NCBI GenBank assembly: GCA_964016885.1
Contig: OZ024740.1
Coordinates: 328,538,001 to 328,602,000 of the forward strand
Direction of reading: 5' to 3'
DNA from: Eledone cirrhosa
Lineage: Eukaryota
DNA: 64,000 bases
The notes beneath the pieces are model-generated. The model saw only the letters and a list, made by a program, of their open reading frames with translations, was not told the origin of the DNA and did not search any database. Below are positions 26,986-42,661 of this stretch, one piece after another. Each line of letters opens with the position of its first letter. Positions within the stretch are counted from its first letter, which is position 1. The position numbers and the translations under genes were made by a program.

Positions 26986-27558
26986 TGTGTGTGTGTGTGT
27001 GTGTATAGAGAGAGTATTTAAGTATCGAGAGAGAGAAAGGAAGAGATAGGCGATACATATAGTTATTTGCCAATAGCATATGCAAATGTGCTCAATACTT
27101 GTGCCTGCAGTGTTAAATAGTGGAAGTGTTAATATCTAGTGGGCGAGAATATAAGTAGACCGGATACACGTGAAAAGGCAGAGCAGAAACAGTGATAAAC
27201 TGCAGGCACCGTATAAAAATGTCTTACTCCAGATGGAATAAGAACGAGGCATGAAAACCATAAACCGAATCCCCCTACACCAAACCTTAACACCAGGGTG
27301 GGCAGGCGCAGCAAATAAACATCTGGAAACTAACCATGCATCCCAGACCCGGCGTGAATCGACAATGATAAAGCTGTACCCACAAACTAGTAACGGGTAA
27401 CAAATAGCTTTGGGAACACTGCTCTAATACCAGCTAGAGTTATCTCCCTTAATCTAATGCAAAAACAATACATGTAGTTTACGGAGAATGAACTGTGATG
27501 TGAATTTATCTTTAAAACCCCTTCTGGGTCACGTAGGGAACACTCTTTTGTTTGTTAT

Positions 27559-27595
27559 GCCCTTGAGAAGCTCTTTCGGGCGAAACGTACGTAGG
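27559..27595 (+). ncRNA. Minimal hammerhead, U3-A8 variant, short stem I
   Basis: cc TTGAGAA gctc-tttc-gggc GAAA cgtacg TA gg. Confidence 0.65.
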
Positions 27596-27651
27596 TGGTG
27601 TTTTAAATAAACATGTTTTAACGGTTTGTTCTCCTCTATATACTTGTTCAC

Positions 27652-27750
<99 letters not shown>

Positions 27751-27793
27751 CGATATTAATAAATGGAAACTATATTTATAAAACCATATTTAT

Positions 27794-27852
27794 TTCATTA
27801 TATATATTTCAAGGATACCAAGTTACATTATGGTATGCCTTCATTAGACAAA
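27794..27852 (-). ncRNA. Degenerate hammerhead (family shared with 31373-31425)
   Basis: tttgt CTAATGA aggcatacca...tggtatcctt GAAA tatata TA atgaa. Confidence 0.55.
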
Positions 27853-29064
27853 ATACAATATATAACAGTTTTATAAATAGACATTGACGTACCCCTTTAA
27901 AAATTGACCGTTGCTTTTGGAGGCCATCAGGATAGTGATTTGTTTACTTTAGTAAGTCATAGTGTTAAGAGTAAGTAAAAAGATGGAGAGAGAGAGAAAC
28001 GTGGAGAAAAGAAAGGGAGAGATAGATAAAGAAAAAGAAGAAAGCAAAAAGAAAAGAGAACAGAGGAAAAATAACGGGGAGAAATCAAACCATCAGACAG
28101 AAAAAATCCAGAGAGAGATATATAGAGATAGAGAGAGGGGGGTGGGGGGGGGGAGAACGAAAACCTTAAGTTATGTCATATTAAGTTGAGTTTACAATTG
28201 GGATGAAAAGCATAAATAAAATTAGAAATATTAATATTCATGAATGGATTATAGATATATAATATGAGAAATTACACATTGTTTAACTATGATTAGATAT
28301 TTAGTTTAAAATTGAGATCAATATATTAAAAATTGGAATTTAAACATTATAAAATATATATATTGCTAGAGAGATTATCTATCGCATATTACATACACAT
28401 AGGCAAAGGTACATATATATATATATATATACACACTCACTCAGAAAATACACATTATATCTACTCCCGCATATAATATATATATACAAAGCATAAGTGA
28501 ATTTTTATTTATTGCCATACATTCCCTGTGTTATTAATTAAAAATTAAAAGTTTTTAGTGTATATATATAAATATATAGGATTAACTTTCATGCATTTAT
28601 GGCTGTTAAGTTATGCATATCTGCAATCAAAAACTGCATGTGTAAGCCTGTACATTCACATCCATAATTCTTAGCTATACATGAATAGATATGTGTGTGC
28701 ATCTTCAATTGGTATACACGCGTCACTCATGCATATATACAGACAGACATATAATCATAAAAAAGCATATAACACATGTATATGTATGTCAACACACACA
28801 TATAGATACATTAGCCGTACATAGATATACGTATACATCAACATATAACATAGTACAATTGAGTATATAAAATACAAAAGGATTATATTTTGGAAATATA
28901 ATTATATCAATATAACTTAAAAGGCAAACGAATTCTACAAATATCAAAATACTAAAATATCCCAAAATACTATAGAATATTTTAAGTTAAAATATTATGT
29001 TTAATATATTTAGTATAGAAATTAATCTTACGTATATTTTAATCAAGATATTGAAAGGACAAAC

Positions 29065-29535
29065 TTTTGAAAATTATGAGAAGCTATCAGAATAAAAAAT
29101 AAATCTAATAAAAATTATGAGAAGCTATCAGAATAAAAACAAATCTAATAAAAACAAATCTAATAAAAATAAAAAATAAAATGAATCTAATAAAAAAATA
29201 AATAAAATGAATCTAATAAAAAATAAAATATATCAATATAACTTAAAAATAAGGATTCTACAGATATCAAAATATTAAAAAGTTTAAAAATAAAAAAATA
29301 AAATTTTTTTAATTTTAAAAAAATAAAAAAAAATAAAAAAATAAGTAAAAAAAAAAAAAGTTTTAAATTTAAAAATTAAATTTAAAAAATTAAATTTTTA
29401 AAATAAAAAAAATAAAAAATTTTAAATTTTAAAAATTAAAAAAAATAAAAATTTTTAAATTTTTTAAATTATTTTTTTTTTAAATTTTAAAAAATTTTTT
29501 AATTAAAAAAAAATTTTTTTTTAAATTTTTTTTCA
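29065..29535. repeat. AT-rich minisatellite decaying into an almost pure A/T tract
   Basis: aaaattatgagaagctatcagaataaaaa twice, repeated aatctaataaaaa, then about 250 nt nearly without G/C. Confidence 0.85.
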
Positions 29536-29699
29536 AACTTCAGCTAAAGCATGTGGTATAATCGACGATGCCACTGTTTCTGTCATATAAATGGTTATCA
29601 AGACTATATATCTCCCTGCCATTACTGAAGCAGGCTCTCGTCATTAACAAAAACGAGCCCCCCGCCATTGTATGCGAGTATGACTGCAATGAGTGATAC

Positions 29700-30385
29700 A
29701 AATGAACACTGGCAACCCACCTGCGAAAGATGGTATAGTGGCTGAAATAGAGTAACAAGTTGGTCCCTGTTTTATAACATATGCCACCAAGTGTAGTTGA
29801 AGGATGCAGTGCCACATGGCTAGAAGGATGCCATTCTTCTCACCTTTTTCAAGCAGAGACTCAATGATTTGTATGAAAACTATTGTGGAATCTCTTTACT
29901 AGCAGGCGCTGGTAAAATATTTGATTTGCTCACCATACAGAGAGATGGGGAGGGTGAGAGAGATGGAGGCGATGACAGTGGGAGTTCGGCTCTTCCACGT
30001 TCGGACCATATCCGTGTGGTTGTGTTCATTATCTGGCCAGGGAATTAAGACACACATACTCACACACACAAACATTTCCCGTCCATTGCAGTCTTCTTGG
30101 AGTCTTCTTAATCGTCTGCTGGTAGAACGTTGCGCCTAACAATCTACCGGAATCTCACTGAGGATTCCGTCCACACCTGGGCACTGCAAATATGATCTTC
30201 ATTGTGTGGACAGTGCAGGAAAAGTGTAAGGGGCAACATCTTGATCTGAATAATTGCTTTATTGATCTTACGAATGCCTTTGCCACAGTCAATATGCAAA
30301 CCTCTTGGAGTATACTCTTGAAGTTGGGTTCCACTTAGAGATCTACTGGGCTTATGCATTTGTTGTATGGTAGCATGAGAACGTG
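29700..30385 (+). mobile_element. Decayed RTE (BovB-like) RT fragment split by an insertion at about 29924-30099
   Basis: NYCGISLLAGAGKIF [insert] LLNRLL...PESH*GFRP..GTANMIFIVWTVQEKC...CFIDLTNAFATVN. Confidence 0.75.
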
Positions 30386-30814
30386 AGAGATGTCATACTC
30401 AAATAGATAGCACCTTTGTGTACCCCATACACTTTCATTTTGCATGTGGCATCTGTATCACAGAATGTGTCACTCTAGAGATGGGCTATCACGACATCAC
30501 AAAGCACGACACTCAAATCAAATTCAAGCAAGAGATAAACTTACCTGCACACTGTGTGGTATGAGATAAAAATCACTTCCTGGTTTGAGGAGCCATCAAC
30601 GACGGCAACATGAATAAGACGGTTTTGTCAATGCTTTTTCTTTTGTTCTAAAAGGTGGCCGTGCTCGGAGACGAGTTGGCGTCCACTATGCATGCATGTA
30701 TGTATGTGCTGGTTTTATAATTATATAAATATTACCAATAGCGGGAGAGTTTGCTTCTAACATAGATACTAGACTATCTCATTGTAATTTACACAACTAG
30801 GTAAACACCTGCCT

Positions 30815-31340
30815 GGCGGAGTTGATTGAAAGCATACTTGAATACAGGCACTTATGTGTTGAGCTAGGAGGGAAGAAAAGCAGATGGCGAAGACTCAAGA
30901 ATGGCCTCCACTTCTCTTCAATATCTACACCAACGAACAACCAAAAAGTGCAGACACCTGCTGCTTCATCTATGCAGACGATCTAGGCATAGGTGCACAA
31001 GACACTGATTTCAAAGTTGTGGAAGATAGACCCTTAAATGCTTTGGAAGAGCTAACACCTTATTATGATGAGAACCACCTGCGTGCAAATCCATCCAAGA
31101 CGCAGGTGTGTGCGCCTTCCACCTGCGAAACCGTGAGGCCAAGCGCCAACTAAAGGTTAACTGGTCAGGAACCCTCCTTGAACACAGTGGGCACCCAGTA
31201 TATCTAGGTGTAACCCTAGACAGGTGCCTCTCTTTTAAAATCCACATTGAGAAGAGCAAGTGCAAAGTGACTGCGAGGAACAACACCATCCGTAAGCTCA
31301 CTGGCTCAACCTGGGGTGCAAAACCACAGACTACGCAACA
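30815..31340 (+). mobile_element. Vingi/I-group-like LINE RT fragment
   Basis: SRWRRLKNG, PLLFNIYTN, FIYADD, HLRANPSKTQVCAFHLRNREA, YLGVTLDR.LSFK.H, RKLTGSTWGA. Confidence 0.75.
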
Positions 31341-31372
31341 CCTCCTGCTGGAACACCCCTGCTGGAACACCC

Positions 31373-31425
31373 CTGATGAAAGCGTACCATAATTTGCCTT
31401 GGTGGCCCTTGAAATATGTATAATA
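31373..31425 (+). ncRNA. Hammerhead lacking the 5' strand of stem I
   Basis: CTGATGA aagcgtacca...tggtggccctt GAAA tatgta TA; downstream sequence is the reverse complement of 27761-27810. Confidence 0.6.
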
Positions 31426-31563
31426 AAATAAATATCGTTTTATAAATATAGTTTCCATTTGTTAATATATTGTATATTTATTCCAATAATTTGTTGAGTG
31501 CTTTATATCAGTTATAAAAATATTTTTAGGGTTGTTGTATCCCAACAAATTAAATATAACCTC

Positions 31564-31614
<51 letters not shown>

Positions 31615-31616
<2 letters not shown>

Positions 31617-32840
31617 GGGATAACAAGTTGTCGTTATAGGTAATCCAGTTAGAGGTTGTGAGTACTCCTGTACTGTGAATAGTTTTAACGTACGGCGTTG
31701 TTTGACTCAACCAGAAGTTTCCATAGTTAGCTAGCGAGTTCGCGAGAATTCTTATGCAGTTTATTCTTGGAGTAATAATAGTGAAAGATTGAAGAATAAC
31801 TGGGCTGCTGGTGATGTGGGCCTTCATGTTCTTAGCGCAGGAGTATCCTAGTTTAACTTTGTGTCGGTTAAATTGGCTAACAGCGGCTTCTCACAACATA
31901 TCACTTACTCTCCCACTAGCAACAACACCATTAGGAAAAGTAAGCGCAAAAATAGACAAACTATCTGGTTCTCTCCTCCCTTCTCACTCAACGTTAAAAC
32001 CAATGTAGGAAAAAAATGTCTAGCCCTCTTAGATAGACACTTTCCCATAGGTCATAAATACCGCTCCATTTTTAACCGACACAAAGTTAAACTAGGATAC
32101 TCCTGCGCTAAGAACATGAAGGCCCACATCACCAGCAGCCCTAGGAGCAACACCCTACTAGGGTGCTCTTGCAGTAAGCCTGAATCTTGCCCCATTCAAC
32201 AGCAATACAACACACCAGCTGTAATTTATGAAGCTGTGGTCACTTCCAACCGACCAAACGAACCACAGGAGGTCAAATCCTATGTGGGCATGGCGGAGGG
32301 CCGATTTAAGGAACGTTCCTGAACCACCAGTCTACCTTCAGGTACCCGGACGGACGTTCATCCACGAAACTCGCGAGCCACGTATGGTCCATCAAGGACT
32401 CAAGTATAGACTACTCCATTCAATGGAAAGCCATCACTAATTCCAAGCCATACGCAAGGGGAAATCCGACGTGTGGACTATGTATTGACGAACGAATAAC
32501 TATTCTAAAGAGATTACGCAATAGTGATTGCCTAAACACGAGAAATAAATTTTTCACACGTTGTCCACACGTCACCAAACACCTATTGCAAAACTACAAG
32601 GTTCCGGACTGATTCTTTGTAATTTTATTTTCAACTAAAAACTTTTCGGACTTTCGCAGTTATCTCACTTACACCTCTCGCACGCATTCTAGCATTGCCT
32701 GTGTGAAGTGACCGGGTTTCTGCGCATGCGCGTTCGTACGGTTGTCCTTCCTGTTTCTATAACCATGCCCATTCCGAGGTGAGGATCCGCTAAGGTGAAA
32801 CAATTGTTCTCGGTATGGTGAACTAACTGTTGTGTAACCA

Positions 32841-32843
<3 letters not shown>
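31615..32843 (+). mobile_element. 5'-truncated PLE (probably Naiad-type) with inverted 5' segment; ORF remnant 31875-32612
   Basis: IWFSPPFSLNVKTNVGK, VKLGYSC, CSCSKPESCP, VIYEAVV, SYVGMAEGRFKER, then after a frameshift NHQSTFR...CGLCIDE...LNTRNK...CPH. 31802-31872 is the reverse complement of 32071-32141. Confidence 0.9.
32774..32813 (+). ncRNA. Hammerhead with mutated core at PLE 3' end
   Basis: ccgag GTGAGGA t cc-gctaa-gg t GAAA caattg TT ctcgg; the intact relative is at 47735-47770. Confidence 0.65.
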
Positions 32844-32897
<54 letters not shown>

Positions 32898-33299
32898 CTG
32901 GAAAGTACTTTAAGGGGCAAACTTCTTGTCAAGCGACATAAATAATAGGGATTAACAAACTTTTTAAATATATCATATATATCATATATTATATATATGT
33001 ATGTGTATGTGTGTGTGTGTGTGTATGTATGTATATATACATATGTATATTTATATACACTAAATAAGCTCTCTAGTGCCAGATTAAGGATTTTTTTCTT
33101 TTTTGGGGGTGGGGGGCATTTTATCTACGGATATTCTGCGTAGCCACAACCCACACACATATACTGTATATATATATAACGAAGGAAGTGTGGTAAGGAA
33201 CCAGATGGACCATAATGCACCAGAGTACTCAATACTTAGGGTAGCAGAGTGAGTAATTATATATATATACATATATATATACAATGAATAAATTCTTAG

Positions 33300-33785
33300 A
33301 CATCTGGCACCCAACTTATAGAAACTACCCAAGGCGAGATTTATAAGGCGAAATAATTCCATCTAAAAACTCTTGATGTGGAAATCGCGAATTTATTGAA
33401 GAGGGTGGACTTATCACTTTTGAAAACGAGGAGATCTTCAAAATGAACGCAAGGATAAATATCGACACCCAAAACGTAAACAATTGTGCTACATGCTCAC
33501 AATGTAAAGATTACTATATTGGAGAAGTGGGAACAGGACCCAAAACTACAAATTAAAGACACGTCTGTCCGAAATACTACACGCAACGAACGCTTTGCAA
33601 CTATAGGAACATTTTCTGAAATACAAAGAAAAACTCTTCTTTAAACAAACCAAAACTGAAAAAAAAATGACTTCTCATGTCCCAGAAATATAGACTTCAA
33701 CGTTTTACATATAAAAAAAATCCAGAGAAGCAAGTCTACGTGATACACACTTTCAATCATTCGAAAGTACCCCATTAGTTCACCC
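33300..33785 (+). pseudogene. Decayed GIY-YIG (PLE) remnant
   Basis: TQNVNNCATCSQCKDYYIGEVG... resembles N.IY...C..C...YIGET. Confidence 0.5.
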
Positions 33786-33827
33786 TGTATATAAATGCTT
33801 GTGTGTGTATATATGTGTATGCATGTA

Positions 33828-33870
<43 letters not shown>

Positions 33871-33874
33871 CCGT

Positions 33875-33925
<51 letters not shown>

Positions 33926-33944
33926 CGCGCGTGTGCGCGCGCGC

Positions 33945-33975
<31 letters not shown>

Positions 33976-35139
33976 AATCAAGATAGAAGCAGTTTAAAAA
34001 TAGTTAGACCATTACTCAACAGAGAACTTGATACTTGTGGTAGTTGAGTATGGCTATATTATAAAGAGTCGGAACCCGACGGCTATGCTCTTGCGGTTTT
34101 AACAGCTAGTTCCAGACTGTTTTTCGAAGGGCTTCGGGGTTGACTGGCTGTATTATCAGGGGTGTCGTTTGTCCATATAAGGGTATACCTTATTCATCCA
34201 ATTGTAAATTTTCTTCACAGAATTGCTTTAGAAAGATTTGATCATATTTTTTAGATAAGAACACACACACACGCTTATATATATATATATTTTATGTTTA
34301 GGAAATAGTTGTGAGTGCAGATATGTAGTTTAGTGAGTGTGTATATGTATGTGTGCATCTATGCACGCATCCGAGTGTATTTGCCTGTTCAACTTGAGAC
34401 AGAATAATCGTTAAGACGAGGTAGAATTATATTGATCGAAGATATACGAGTGTGTATTTGTGTGTGCATGTCTGCCAGCAGGCATGATTATCATGACTTG
34501 CTTTGGAATTGGTGTCAAAACCAGCAGTAGATCGCCCTGGTCAAAGAATTGTTCAATTCACCGATTGACAAATTAAATACATCTGTCACCATTATTTGTT
34601 AGTTATCTGAAAAATCACTGATCATCTAGTCGATATCGTTTTTCTAATTTCTAGTGGATTTATTAGTTCGAGTTTTTTTGACTGGTGACTACGCTAACAC
34701 TTATATTACCTTAAAATGTATTTGATTAAAATTAAAATGTCCACATTTCATGGTACTATGGAGTTAAATGGGTGTTTGGGGAAGGTATGGGTGCAGATGT
34801 AGGTGTATATGACACTTAATATATTAGTATGTATGCTAGTGTTTTTAAAATATAATTTTTTGTAGCTGTTACTGTTTGTTACTTAAAATACTTTAAACTT
34901 CGGGCGGGTTAGTGTTTTTATTTTATTTTATTGAATGTTTACTGTAAATTTCGATGAGTTCCAGTACTACAGGGTCAAAGCATGTATGTGTGTAGGTGAT
35001 ATGAGTGCGAATGTGTGTATGTAAGTTACGAATTAAGAATTTATGTAAGTTTGTTTCTGCCTGCAAACGGATGTGTGTGTGAGCAGTTGTTTGTGGGTGT
35101 TTGTGATTATATTCCATGTATTTATAGTTGATAACTAAA

Positions 35140-35700
35140 CCACTCCTGGAGGCGGCAATACATTACACCCGAAATATCACACCCATTAGTGATCAAGAAA
35201 TTGATATAATTCTCCACGCCAGGAAGACGGTTCTTCTTTTTTTTTAAATTCAACCGGGATGGGCACGAAAACGGCCCCCTCTTATGCTAACCTAGTCATG
35301 GGGTACCTGGAAATCACTCGCTAGCGTAAACTACTAGAAAAATACGGAAACTCCTTCTACCTACACATAGTAAATAACTGGAAGATATATCTTGATAATT
35401 GTTTCATCTTTTGGCAAGAAAGTATAGAGAGACTTAAAGAATTTAAAGCACTTCTAAATGGACTTAACACAAACATTCAATGGTATACAGCCATCAGCAA
35501 CTTCCTTTCAACGGCATCCTTATTAAGAAAGCTAACAACATCATAAAGAGCAAAAGACAACCCAAGTCAATGGACAATATCCTAACACAGGCCAAAGTCT
35601 AGTCGACCACAACAACGAAACCAACAGTGAAAAAATGTGGATGACCCAACTGTATACGTATCAACCTAATAGAGGGATCAGATTTCTGCTTCAAACAGAT
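35140..35700 (+). pseudogene. Decayed PLE RT fragment
   Basis: GMGTKTAPSYANLVMGYLE, WKIYLDNCFIFW, LNGLNTNIQ, QLPFNGILI. Confidence 0.8.
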
Positions 35701-37045
35701 TGTGCCACTCTTCCATAAAGAATGTTCATTAACTGAGGATCCCCAAGGGATAAGTGAAATACTGAATGAACAGTAGAAGAGTGTATTCACATTCCTATTG
35801 AGGCACATGCAAATAATAAAACCAGATGATTTCTTTGATGCCACAGCACTCCACGAAGAAATGGCGGCCATCAACCACTTAGACATAACGGAGGACGATG
35901 GGATATCCGCCATAAACGAAATTAGAATAAACTCAGCTGCTGGATCTGATGGATTCGCAGCAGTCCTCCTAAAAACATGTAAACATGCCTTAGCAGGACC
36001 ACTGAAGATCCTCTTCAGAAGATATTTGTCTAGCGTTAAACTACCCAGAAAGCTAAAAGAATGCACAATATGCCCTATCCATAAAGGAGGAAGCAGAGCG
36101 GAGGCCTAAAACTACAGACCAGTCTGCCTGACGTCACATATCCGTAAGGTCATGGAACGAATCATTAGAAAGAAACTGATCCCGTTCCTCGGGGGAAATG
36201 ACGCCTAACTAGCACGCAGCATGGCTTTCGCCCAGGAAGAAGCTGCCGTACACAGATGTTACAAAACTATGACTGGGTACTGAAACAACTGCTGGACAGT
36301 TCACATGTGGGCGTGATATATCTTGACTTTGCGAAGGCCTTTGACAAGGTCGACCACGGAATGATATGTCACAAACTACACAGACTCGGCATAAGTTGAA
36401 AAGTAGGTGAGTGGCTGCATGATTTCTTAAAAGACAGAAGCCAGACATTTGCAGCCAATGGGCCCTCTCAAAAGAAACATCAATAACAAGTGGAGTGTCC
36501 CAGGGCACAGTCTTGAGACCACAACTGATTTTGGTTGCTCTATCAGACACGCCCTCTGTAGTACATACATCCCTCACTAGCAATGCTGATGACACAAAGG
36601 TAGCAGAGGCAATCAAAATCCCGGCTGATGCTGCCCTTTTACAAGATCTGTATGCCATATACTAATGGGCTGATGTCAATAGCATGCAGTTTAATGCTGG
36701 AAAATTTCAATCCCTACAATACCAACCTGCAAACACAAAGACAATACAACGCAGCCACACCGGACCAGGAGGGGTCGAAATCCCCGTGTCGAAATCGATA
36801 CGAGGACTGGGTACAGACATGAGCGATGATGCATCTTTTTCTTCACACATCATGCGGGTGACGACAATGTGCAGGCGACTCGCAAGCTGGATCTTGAGGA
36901 CTTTGCGGACAAGAGACCGAGTGATCATGTTGATACTATGGAGCACATTTGTCCTATGCTGCCTGGACAACTGCTCCCAGCTATGGTCACCCGATAGTAT
37001 CAAACTAACCACGGAGTTTGAAGCAATCCAACGAAGCTACACCAA
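35700..37045 (+). mobile_element. Decayed CR1-group LINE RT region
   Basis: SAAGSDGF.A.LLK, PIHKGGSR...NYRPVCLTSH, IYLDFAKAFDKVDHG, SGVSQGTVL, ADDTK, CSQLWSP. Confidence 0.85.
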
Positions 37046-37846
37046 GGTTCCTCAGCCCACAGGTTCCTCAGTCAGCAAATGTGGATTCTGTTCACGACAC
37101 ATCTAACCTCATGGATAGAGAGAAAGCTAATATACAGGCTGCCCAGAGTAGGGCGAAATCACGTGTTATTTGCATCAAATAACGGCTTTCATGGATTGGG
37201 GAAAATGCTAGAGAGAGTAGCCCAACCATTCAAATTTATTAGCTCAACAATTTGGAGCTCGTTAAGTATACGAGGATCGGAATTAAGAGTATTCCGCAGT
37301 TCACAGTAATAATAATAATATTAGCTCAAAGAAGAATAGAGAATTTTCTTCTGAGCTCAAATACAAATATATTACACATATTATTACACGAAGATGTGTG
37401 TAAAGAATTATTTCAAGTGAGTTTAACCGTTACTGTATGTAGAACAATATCTACAGGTTAGCAATTAAATAGAAAATCTCAGAATCAAATCTCTGAAGTA
37501 GAGTTTTAAATTACCAACCTTATAACTATAAGTTTACTGATACGAATCTAGTTAGCTTTCTCTCTATCCATGAGGTTAGATGTGACGTGAACAGAATCCA
37601 CATTTGCTGACTGAGGCGAAACGAATTAGATTCGTATCAGCAAACTTATAGTTATAAGGTTGGTAATTTAAAACTCTACTTCAGAGATTTGATTCTGTCT
37701 TAGTTTTTTGCTAACCTGTAGATATTGTTCTCCATACAGTATGGGTTAAACTCACTTGTAATAATTCTTTACACACATCTCACTGTGTAACACACTTCTC
37801 TTTGTGTAATATATTTGTATTTGGGCTCAGAAGAAAATTCTCAATT
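37046..37846. mobile_element. Complex fold-back PLE-type terminus with hammerhead
   Basis: 37338-37550 mirrors 37627-37842; 37065-37130 mirrors 37552-37616. Confidence 0.8.
37603..37644 (+). ncRNA. Hammerhead with stem II deleted
   Basis: tttgctga CTGAGG|c GAAA cgaa-ttaga-ttcg TA tcagcaaa; 8-bp stem I, good stem III. Confidence 0.7.
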
Positions 37847-38121
37847 GATCAACTCAAAATTCTATAACGCATGTACTGCATGCGTTGCATACAAGCACCC
37901 TTCGCCCCCGGTGTATATATACATACATATATCTATATCTATATATACATATATATAATAATAGCGAAGTATGTAGAAGGGAAACACGAGTTGGTATATA
38001 TAGAGAAAAACGATTTTTGGAAAAAGAAACGATGTTTTTTCCCGTAGAAAATGTTGAAATCAAATTGTTCTTCTTTCAGTGAAGTGTCAAAACATTAATT
38101 AATTAATTAATTTATTTATTT

Positions 38122-38160
38122 ACAATACCGGTTTCAGACTTTTGTGCATTGTCAAATTGT
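38122..38160 (-). ncRNA. Degenerate U3-A8 hammerhead-like motif
   Basis: acaat TTGACAA t gcac-aaaa-gtc t GAAA ccgg TA ttgt; same style as 17023-17052. Confidence 0.5.
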
Positions 38161-38284
38161 GGAAATGTAGATGTGGAATTGTATATTTGTACAAATTTTG
38201 GAACAAACATTAATTATGAGAATAGTAAAAATGATAATTTTTATGTTTGTGAATATTATTTTCTCTTCTCCCCCTCATCATTAT

Positions 38285-40720
<2,436 letters not shown>

Positions 40721-40842
40721 AATATAATATATATATATATATAATATAAATATAATATATACACCTCTATTCTTTTAACTATATATATATATATATATAT
40801 ATAATATAAATATATATATATAATATAAATATGATGTATATA

Positions 40843-42458
40843 CAGTGCCCCGCAATAGTTTACAACACATTAGGAAAAATGCGGTTTTAGGTATTTTTAA
40901 TAAAGTTAGGGTAATGAAAATGTAACTACTGATAGAACATATAGTTAGGAATCTAATGATACAATCATATTTTTAAAAAAATAACAAAGAAATAACTCAT
41001 GAAGAAAAATCAATATTTTTATAACGCAAAAGTTTACAACACATTTTATATTTATCGCTTTTTTTTCAAGAAAATTCTTAAATTTTCAGATTTAAAATTC
41101 AGTAGAATGTTCTAGATTAGGTTTAAGGTAACTTCTAAGGACAATTAAAAACATAATTCCTTATTTGTCTGACAACCATCCTGTAAACATTGACAACCGT
41201 CCTGTAAACATTGACAATATGGGGAAAAATAAACTGATTGATCAAGACCTCCGTAAACGCATTGTAGACCTTCATACACATGGTGTTGGTTATAGAAAGA
41301 TATCTTGTCAGTTAAATTTGCCATTGAGTTCAGTTGGTACTATAATTCGTCACTTGAAATCTCATCATTCCATCTGTCCTCTAATTAGTTCTGGTCGTCC
41401 TAGAAAGATAACGGAACGTGCAGCTCGGTTATTGACGAGAAAGGTTGGCAACGAACCCCGGTGTACTCATTAAAATCTTTAGGATGACCTAGAAGGAAGT
41501 GGAGTAAAAGTGAACACAGATACAATTAGTCGTTCACTACATCGATATGATATCTTCTCGAGGTCTCCAAGGAAAACACCACTTCTTAAGAGGAAACACG
41601 TTCTTCATCGATTAAACTTTGCAAATGAGCATCTCATCAAACCTGCGTCATTTTGGGAAGATGTATTTTGGTCGGACGAAACAAAAATTGAACTTTTTGG
41701 TCGAAATGCTGTGGCAAAAGTCTGGAGAAAGAAAGGTACTGAATATTCGCTGAAGAATACTATTCCAACTGTAAAATTTGGAGGTGGATCAGTCATGGTC
41801 TGGGGTTGCTTTAGTGCCACAGGTGTAGGAAATATTGAAATAATAGAAGGAAGAATGGATGGCGCTTATTATAGAGGTATTTTGCAAAGGAATTTACATC
41901 AAAGTGCACATTCTCTCAGCTTAAAGCCAGTTTGTTTTTTTCAACAAGATAACGATCCAAAGCATACTGCAAAGCTAACACAATCTTGGTTAAGTACGAA
42001 TGGAACAAATGTTCTAAAATGGTCAAGTCAGTCTCCAGATCTTAACCCGATCGAAAATTTGTGGAGAGAACTGAAACTCAGAATTCAAAAAAGGAAACCC
42101 CAAAATATCCCTGAACTAAAGAAAATTTGTTGTGAAGAATGGAAAAATATTAGCCAAGAAACATGCAAGAAGTTTGTAGGAGGCTACTCCAAACGCCTAC
42201 AGGCTGTAATTAGCAACAAAGGTTACGCTACGAAATATTAAGAGATGATTTAATAAATGTGTTGTAAACTTTTGCGTTATAAAAATATTGATTTTTCTTC
42301 ATAAGTTATTTCCTTGTTATTTTTTTAAAAATATGATTGTATCATTAACTGCCTCATTATATGTTCTAACAGTAGTTAAATTTTCATTACGCTAACTTTA
42401 TTAAAAATACCTAAAACCGCATTTTTCCTAATGTGTTGTAAACTATTGCGGGGCACTG
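40843..42458 (+). mobile_element. Complete Tc1 element, IR/DR type, TA target duplication
   Basis: ta|cagtgccccgcaatagtttacaacac ... gtgttgtaaactattgcggggcactg|ta; TIRs about 205 bp with inner and outer agtttacaacacatt direct repeats. Confidence 0.97.
41219..42241 (+). pseudogene. Tc1 DD34E transposase, 340 codons, two in-frame stops (41471, 41480)
   Basis: GRPRK AT-hook, WSDETK, QQDNDPKH, SPDLNPIE with 34 residues between D and E; both ORF pieces are in one frame. Confidence 0.95.
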
Positions 42459-42472
42459 TATATATATAAATA

Positions 42473-42615
42473 TAATTGTTTCTACTTTAGGCACAAGGCC
42501 AGCAAATACCCAATACGTTACTGGTACTTTATTTTATCGACACCGTAAGGATGAAAGGCAAAGTCAACCTCGGCGGGATTTGAACTCAGATCGTAAAGGG
42601 ACGTAACTATGCTGG
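42473..42615 (-). mobile_element. SINE copy
   Basis: Same family. Confidence 0.8.

Positions 42616-42661
<46 letters not shown>

Noticed and set aside
29280-29535. Pure A/T tract as a functional element
   Set aside because: Low complexity; may be consensus noise.
32320-32322. TGA in a Naiad-like ORF as a possible selenocysteine codon
   Set aside because: It results from a 1-nt frameshift (the correct frame continues NHQSTFR) and is not at a cysteine position; no UGA-for-Cys was seen in the PLE remnants.
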